Source: Coriobacteriales bacterium (GTDB taxonomy: Bacteria > Actinomycetota > Coriobacteriia > Coriobacteriales > QAMH01). Taken from it: a stretch of DNA of 58,174 bases. Positions 53,229-58,174 of the stretch are shown here, in pieces. Position numbers and translations under genes: made by a program. The notes beneath the pieces were generated by a model. It did no database searches. It was not told the origin of the DNA and saw nothing but the letters and a program-made list of their open reading frames with translations. Where the stretch lies: NCBI GenBank assembly GCA_051876075.1, contig JBJEHM010000037.1, positions 5,566 to 63,739 on the forward strand, given 5' to 3'. Each line of letters begins with the position of its first letter. Positions within the stretch are counted from its first letter, which is position 1.

Positions 53229-54455
53229 CTAGATCAGGGACTCCTCGTCTGCTGCGTGCACGCCGCAGTAGCTGGAGCCGGGGCGCGCGTGGTTGCGGCA
53301 GCGGACGCCGTCTGCACTCACGTGCTCGCAGCGGGTGTCTGCCTCTTCTGCCTCGTCATCGTCGTCGATGAAGCTGCGCTCGCTTGCCTGGAGCATGTCC
53401 GCCGTAACGATGCTCGCAGACTTGATGTCGATATGCCAGCCGGTCAGGCGGGCGGCGAGGCGGGCGTTCTGGCCCTCCTTGCCGATCGCCAGCGAGAGCT
53501 GGTCGTCCGGGACGATGACCGTTGCGTAGTGGGTGTCCTCGTCGATGAGCACGCGGCTCACCTTGGCAGGCGAAAGCGCATTGGCCACGTAGACGGATGC
53601 ATCCTCGCTCCACTGGATGACATCGATGCGCTCTCCGCGGAGCTCGGAGACCACAGTGCGGATGCGAGAGCCCTTGGGGCCGACGCAGGCACCCACAGGG
53701 TCGAGGTTTGCCTCGCGGGAGTAGACGGCGATCTTGGAGCGGGCGCCGGCCTCGCGAGCGATGGACTTGACCTCGACCACGCCGTCGTAGATTTCCGGGA
53801 CCTCGATCTCGAGCAAGCGGCGGATGAGGTCGGGATGGGTGCGGCTGACGATGATGGCCGGGCGGGAGCCCTCGTGGCGGCCGTTGGGGCCCACGGCATT
53901 GGGCTCGCGGACATCGATGATCAGCGCCTTGATGCGCTGGTTGTGCTGGTAGTACTCGCCCTCGGGCTTCTCGTTGCGCTCGATGCCGTTGCCCCTGCGC
54001 CCGTCAAAGTGCGGCAGCTCGGCCTCGATGCCGTCTGCGATCTTGATGATGGTGAAGTCCGGGGTGGATTGCAGCACGGTGCCAGTGATCATCTCGCCCT
54101 TGCGGTCCACGTACTCCTTGTAGATGTTGGCGCGGGCTGCGTCGCGAACGATCTCGTTGATCACACGCTTGGCGCTCTGCGCAGCGATGCGAGAGACGTC
54201 GTCGGGTGTGACGTCGTGCTCCTCGTACTCCGGGTAGTCGCCGGTTTCCGGGTCTTCCTCGCCAACACCCACCAGCTCGTAGACGTAGATCTTGCCGGTG
54301 TTGCGGTCGATGGTGACGCGGGCATCCCAGTCCAGCTTGAGGATGTGCTGGTAGCTCTTGGCCAGCTCCTGCTCAAGGCGGTCAAGGACATCGTATTCGT
54401 CGATGTTGCGCTCCTTGGCAAGCTCGGCCAAGGCATCAATCAGGTCAGAAGACAT
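53229..54455 (-). CDS. nusA: Transcription termination/antitermination factor NusA
   Basis: RIAAQSAK, EVPEIYDG, AREAGARSKIAV, GACVGPKG, LAIGKEGQNARLA. Confidence 0.97.
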   Translation of the reverse strand: MSSDLIDALAELAKERNIDEYDVLDRLEQELAKSYQHILKLDWDARVTIDRNTGKIYVYELVGVGEEDPETGDYPEYEEHDVTPDDVSRIAAQSAKRVINEIVRDAARANIYKEYVDRKGEMITGTVLQSTPDFTIIKIADGIEAELPHFDGRRGNGIERNEKPEGEYYQHNQRIKALIIDVREPNAVGPNGRHEGSRPAIIVSRTHPDLIRRLLEIEVPEIYDGVVEVKSIAREAGARSKIAVYSREANLDPVGACVGPKGSRIRTVVSELRGERIDVIQWSEDASVYVANALSPAKVSRVLIDEDTHYATVIVPDDQLSLAIGKEGQNARLAARLTGWHIDIKSASIVTADMLQASERSFIDDDDEAEEADTRCEHVSADGVRCRNHARPGSSYCGVHAADEESLI

Positions 54456-54490
54456 TCTTTTTTCCTCTCGGTTGGGCCGCTTATTCCGGC

Positions 54491-54976
54491 TTAGTCAACG
54501 TTCTTGAGGCCGCTGGAGAAGTCGATGCGGCCCACGATATGTGCTCTCTTGATGGTGTTGAAGGGAATGGCCAGGCTCTGACCATCCTGCTCGACCATGA
54601 CGTCTTCCCCCTCGACACCCGTCAGCACGCCTGTTTCCTTGCTACGCGCCTGGCCGGGCTTGAGGTAGATGACCACGTCCTCCCCCGCAAAGCGCTGGAA
54701 ATCCGTCAGCTTGCGCAGGGGGCGGTCGATGCCGGGAGAGGAGACTTCCAGGACAAACGACTCCTTGAAGGGGTCGAGCTCGTCGACTGCCGCGTCGACC
54801 CACTCGCGAGCCTCTGCCAGCTGGTCGAGGTTGATCCCGCCTTCGGGCGTGTCGAGGCACACCCTCAGGATGGGGTTCTTCTTGGTGCCGGCAATCTCGA
54901 CGGTCACCAGCTCCAAGCCATTGCCCTCAGCCAGAGGCTCCAAGACCTCGATGAGCTTTTCAGCCTTTGTAGCCAT
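54491..54976 (-). CDS. rimP: Ribosome maturation factor RimP
   Basis: LEVSSPGIDRPL; ATG 54976; first gene of the nusA-infB operon. Confidence 0.94.
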   Translation of the reverse strand: MATKAEKLIEVLEPLAEGNGLELVTVEIAGTKKNPILRVCLDTPEGGINLDQLAEAREWVDAAVDELDPFKESFVLEVSSPGIDRPLRKLTDFQRFAGEDVVIYLKPGQARSKETGVLTGVEGEDVMVEQDGQSLAIPFNTIKRAHIVGRIDFSSGLKNVD

Positions 54977-55000
54977 GAAACCCTTTCTCCTCATAAACCA

Positions 55001-55030
55001 AAGAAAGCGGGCCACAATGCCCACTTCCCT
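55001..55030 (-). promoter_or_regulatory. rimP leader hairpin (attenuator-like)
   Basis: Minus strand GAAGTGGGC-ATTGTG-GCCCGCTTTCTTT just upstream of rimP; extended -10 TGCTACAAT at 55126-55134. Confidence 0.65.
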
Positions 55031-55247
55031 CATTTGACGGCATCTGAACATCCCGGCGGCTTGAAAGCCCTACCGTGCCCCCTCTGGGAGCTCCACATAG
55101 CATCATGCAGAAATGTATCCGTTGGATTGTAGCAGATTCTCACCCGTTTGCTAAGCCCTGTGTGCAGCCCCAATGCCCCAACGGCAAGGGGCGCCGCCAA
55201 GCCTCGCAGGCAGGCAGCGCCCCCTCTTTCAGCGATGTGCAGGCTGC

Positions 55248-57830
55248 TTAGCCAGCGACCACGTTCACCACGTTGCCGGCAACGATGGTCTTTCGCACGG
55301 TGAGGCCCTCGATCTTGTCCGCCACGGCCTCGAGAGCCGCCTTGGCGACCTCTTCCTCAGAGGCGTCTGCTGGCGTGGTGATCTTGGCGCGCACCTTGCC
55401 CTTGATCATAACGGCGCGCTCGATCTCCTCTGCCTGGATCAGGGCCTCGTCGTAGGAAGGCCAAGCGGCAAGGCAGACGCTGTCCTCCTTGCCGAGCACC
55501 TCGTGCCACAGCTCCTCTGCCCAGTGCGGGGCGATGGGCGCCAGCAGCTTGACGATGGTCTCTGCCAAGTCCAGGTCCTGCCCTGCCAAGGCTGCGTCTG
55601 CACGCCGCTGCTCAAGGGAGTTCAGACGCAGGTAGGATCCCGTGCTGTTCACCAGCTCCATGATGGCACTGATGGCGGTGTTGAACTGGTTGCGCCCAAA
55701 GTCGTCTTCGACCTTGGAAACAACGCGATGCCTCTCGCGCAGCAGCGCCTTGGCAGCCTGAGCGGCATCACCCTTGGCGCCCTCCTCGAAGAGCGTGTCT
55801 CTTCCGGCGACACCGGCGAGGTCGCACACGGCGCGCCATGCGCGGTAGAGGAACTTGTTGACACCGGCCAGGCCCTTCTCGTTCCACAGCAGCTCCTTGT
55901 CAGGCGGAGCCATGAAGAGAATGCAGGCGCGCACGGAGTCTGCGCCGTAGCGGGCGATCATGCTCTCGGGGGACACGACGTTGCCCTTGGACTTGGACAT
56001 GACATCGCCATGCTCATCGAGCACCATGCCCTGGCACAGCAGGTTGGTGAAGGGCTCGTCAAAGCTCAACATGCCCATGTCACGCAGAACCTTGGTGAAG
56101 AAGCGCGAGTACAGCAGGTGCAAGATGGCGTGCTCGATGCCGCCGATGTACTGGTCAACCGGCATGAAGCTGTCCGCTGCGGCCTTGTCGAAGGGCCTCT
56201 CCGTGTTGTGCGGGTCTGTGTAGCGCAGGTAGTACCACGAGCTGCAGGTGAAGGTGTCCATGGTGTCGGTCTCGCGGCGAGCCGGCTTTCCGCACTTGGG
56301 GCAGGTGCACTTTGCAAACTCCTCATGGGTTGCAAGGGTCTCGCCTGCTGCAAGGTCGATGTCCTCTGGGAGGCGCACCGGCAGGTCCTCTTCCGGCACG
56401 GGCACAACGCCGCACTCGGGGCAGTGGATGGCAGGGATGGGGTTGCCCCAGTAGCGCTGGCGGCTGATGAGCCAGTCCCTCAAGCGGAACTCCACCTTGC
56501 GCTTGCCGCGGCCCATGGCCTCGAGTTCCGCAACGATTGCCTCCTCTGCCGGGGAGTGCTTGCCGCCCACCATGCCGGTGAACTTGCCAGACTGCACGAG
56601 GATGCCCTCCGCAGCCATGGCCTCGTCCCAATCGACGCTGGTGACAACGCGACCCTGCTCCTCCTTGAGCTGCGGGTACAGGGGGTCGTCCTCGGTGACG
56701 ATGATGGGGATGATGGGGAGGTCGTACTTCTTGGCAAACTCAAAGTCGCGCTGGTCGCCGCAAGGCACGGCCATGACGGCACCGGTGCCGTAATCGGCCA
56801 CGATGTAGTCGGCAACCCACACAGGGACCTTCTCGCCGTTGACGGGGTTCACAACATAACGGCCGGTGAAGGCACCGTGCTTCTCCTTGTTGCCCTGAGC
56901 GCGCTCCACAGCGGTGATCTTCTTGGCGTCTTGGACCACCTTCATGACCGCGTCCTCGTACTCGGTGCCCTCGACGAGCTCCTTGAGGATGGTGCTCTCG
57001 GGTGCCAGCAGGAAGAAACTGCAGCCAAAGAGCGTGTCTGCGCGGGTGGTGAAAACAGTGAGGAGCTGGTCCTCGGTGGGGTCAGCGGGCACAGAGCCGT
57101 CCGCATCGCAAAGGGTGAAGGTCACCTCGGCGCCTTCGGAGCGCCCAATCCAGTTACTCTGCTGCTGCTTGACGCGATCGGGCCACCCCTCGAGCTGGTC
57201 GAGGTCGTCTAAGAGCTCCTGGGCGTAGTCAGTAATCTTGAGGTACCACTGGGTGAGGGGTCGCTTTTCAACCTCGGAGTCGCAGCGCCAGCACCTGCCT
57301 TCGATGACCTGCTCGTTGGCCAGAACGGTCTTGCAGCTGGGGCACCAGTTGACCGGGTTGTTGCGGCGCTCCACCAAGCCCTTCTCCCAGAACTTGAGGA
57401 ACATCCACTGACCCCAGCGGTAGTACTCGGGGTCGCATGCGACAACCTGGCGGTCCCAGTCATAAGAAAAGCCCATGCGCTTGAAAGACTGCTTTTGGGT
57501 CTCGATGTTGGCGTAGGTCCACACCGCAGGATGGCTGTTGCGCTTGATAGCGGCGTTCTCCGCTGGAAGGCCAAAGGCGTCCCAGCCCATGGGGTGCAAG
57601 ACGTCATAACCCTTCATGCGCCAGAAGCGTGCCATGACATCGCCGATGGAGTAGTTGCGGGCATGGCCCATGTGTATATCGCCTGAAGGGTAGGGAAACA
57701 TCTCGAGGATGTACTTCTTGGGCTTTTCGCTGGAGGTGTCGACCCTGAAGATGTCCTGGTCTTCCCAGGCCTTCTGCCATTTAAGCTCGATCTCCTGTGG
57801 AGCGTAGGCAGGCATTTCTTTGTCAGGCAT
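55248..57830 (-). CDS. leuS: Leucine--tRNA ligase
   Basis: [59 protein letters not shown]. Confidence 0.98.
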   Translation of the reverse strand: MPDKEMPAYAPQEIELKWQKAWEDQDIFRVDTSSEKPKKYILEMFPYPSGDIHMGHARNYSIGDVMARFWRMKGYDVLHPMGWDAFGLPAENAAIKRNSHPAVWTYANIETQKQSFKRMGFSYDWDRQVVACDPEYYRWGQWMFLKFWEKGLVERRNNPVNWCPSCKTVLANEQVIEGRCWRCDSEVEKRPLTQWYLKITDYAQELLDDLDQLEGWPDRVKQQQSNWIGRSEGAEVTFTLCDADGSVPADPTEDQLLTVFTTRADTLFGCSFFLLAPESTILKELVEGTEYEDAVMKVVQDAKKITAVERAQGNKEKHGAFTGRYVVNPVNGEKVPVWVADYIVADYGTGAVMAVPCGDQRDFEFAKKYDLPIIPIIVTEDDPLYPQLKEEQGRVVTSVDWDEAMAAEGILVQSGKFTGMVGGKHSPAEEAIVAELEAMGRGKRKVEFRLRDWLISRQRYWGNPIPAIHCPECGVVPVPEEDLPVRLPEDIDLAAGETLATHEEFAKCTCPKCGKPARRETDTMDTFTCSSWYYLRYTDPHNTERPFDKAAADSFMPVDQYIGGIEHAILHLLYSRFFTKVLRDMGMLSFDEPFTNLLCQGMVLDEHGDVMSKSKGNVVSPESMIARYGADSVRACILFMAPPDKELLWNEKGLAGVNKFLYRAWRAVCDLAGVAGRDTLFEEGAKGDAAQAAKALLRERHRVVSKVEDDFGRNQFNTAISAIMELVNSTGSYLRLNSLEQRRADAALAGQDLDLAETIVKLLAPIAPHWAEELWHEVLGKEDSVCLAAWPSYDEALIQAEEIERAVMIKGKVRAKITTPADASEEEVAKAALEAVADKIEGLTVRKTIVAGNVVNVVAG

Positions 57831-57885
57831 GAAACGTACCTTTCAACCAAAATCAAACGTGCCGTCCATAATAGCGCACCTGAGA

Positions 57886-58112
57886 AACAAAAACGCCGCC
57901 CCAAGGGCGGCGCAACGAGCTTGGCGGCTGGGCGGCAGAGCATGAACTCAAGGGACAGCAACGGCAGTGACGGGAGCCCCACCCCAACCGTGACCGCCAA
58001 CAAAAACGCCGCCTCCGAGGGCGGCGCGGCTTACAGAGACGGCCCAGGCGAAGGGCCCGGCCCTCTCCCGCCTCTCAGCCCCGAAAGGCAAAAAGACGCC
58101 CCGCGGGGCGCC
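57886..58112 (-). repeat. Repeated terminator-like hairpin units upstream of leuS
   Basis: Minus strand GCGCCGCCCT(TGG/CGGA)GGCGGCGTTTTTGTT at 57886-57913 and 57999-58027; looser copy at 58089-58112. Confidence 0.55.
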
Positions 58113-58174
58113 GAGAGCCGGCGGGGCGCGGCACATGCACAAAAGGCGAGAGCCCCCTGTCGGGTCAGCGGCGT

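Noticed and set aside
57886..58112. CRISPR array reading of the repeated hairpins
   Set aside because: Only two good copies, spacers of 60-85 nt, terminator-like T tracts, and no cas genes in the window.
57831..58174. T-box riboswitch upstream of leuS
   Set aside because: No GGTGGNACCGCG antiterminator motif is visible in the available sequence.

Overview
High-GC bacterial chromosome segment, most likely Coriobacteriia (Actinomycetota), judged from the RpoB/RpoC/NusA/LeuS style and the actinobacterial-type acidic insert in RpoC. Nearly all genes are on the minus strand. Most content is housekeeping: leuS, rimP-nusA-ylxR-infB-rbfA-nrnA-truB/ribF-dnaG-rpoD-tRNA-Ile2, tRNA-Gly/Cys/Gly and tRNA-Val, rnd-xseA-xseB-ackA, an arg operon, two TrkH-type transporters, rsgA, nrdD-nrdG, mobA, htrA, a two-component pair around coaX, rpoB-rpoC and a partial metG. 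The best candidate for an undescribed system is a ~5 kb accessory module upstream of rpoB (9752-14545). It encodes a PucR/CdaR-type regulator, a Cys-rich L-fucose/L-arabinose-isomerase-fold protein, a small Cys-bearing protein resembling an acyl-carrier fold, and a SufS-type cysteine desulfurase that here lacks its catalytic C-terminus. Other oddities are an RNA polymerase alpha-CTD-like domain fused to RpoC, a TrkH-OB-fold fusion next to its split paralogues plus an unannotated 45-aa membrane ORF, an intact but catalytically eroded ArgF, a TruB-RibF fusion, and several nested inverted-repeat elements. All calls were made by eye from motifs; no searches were run.
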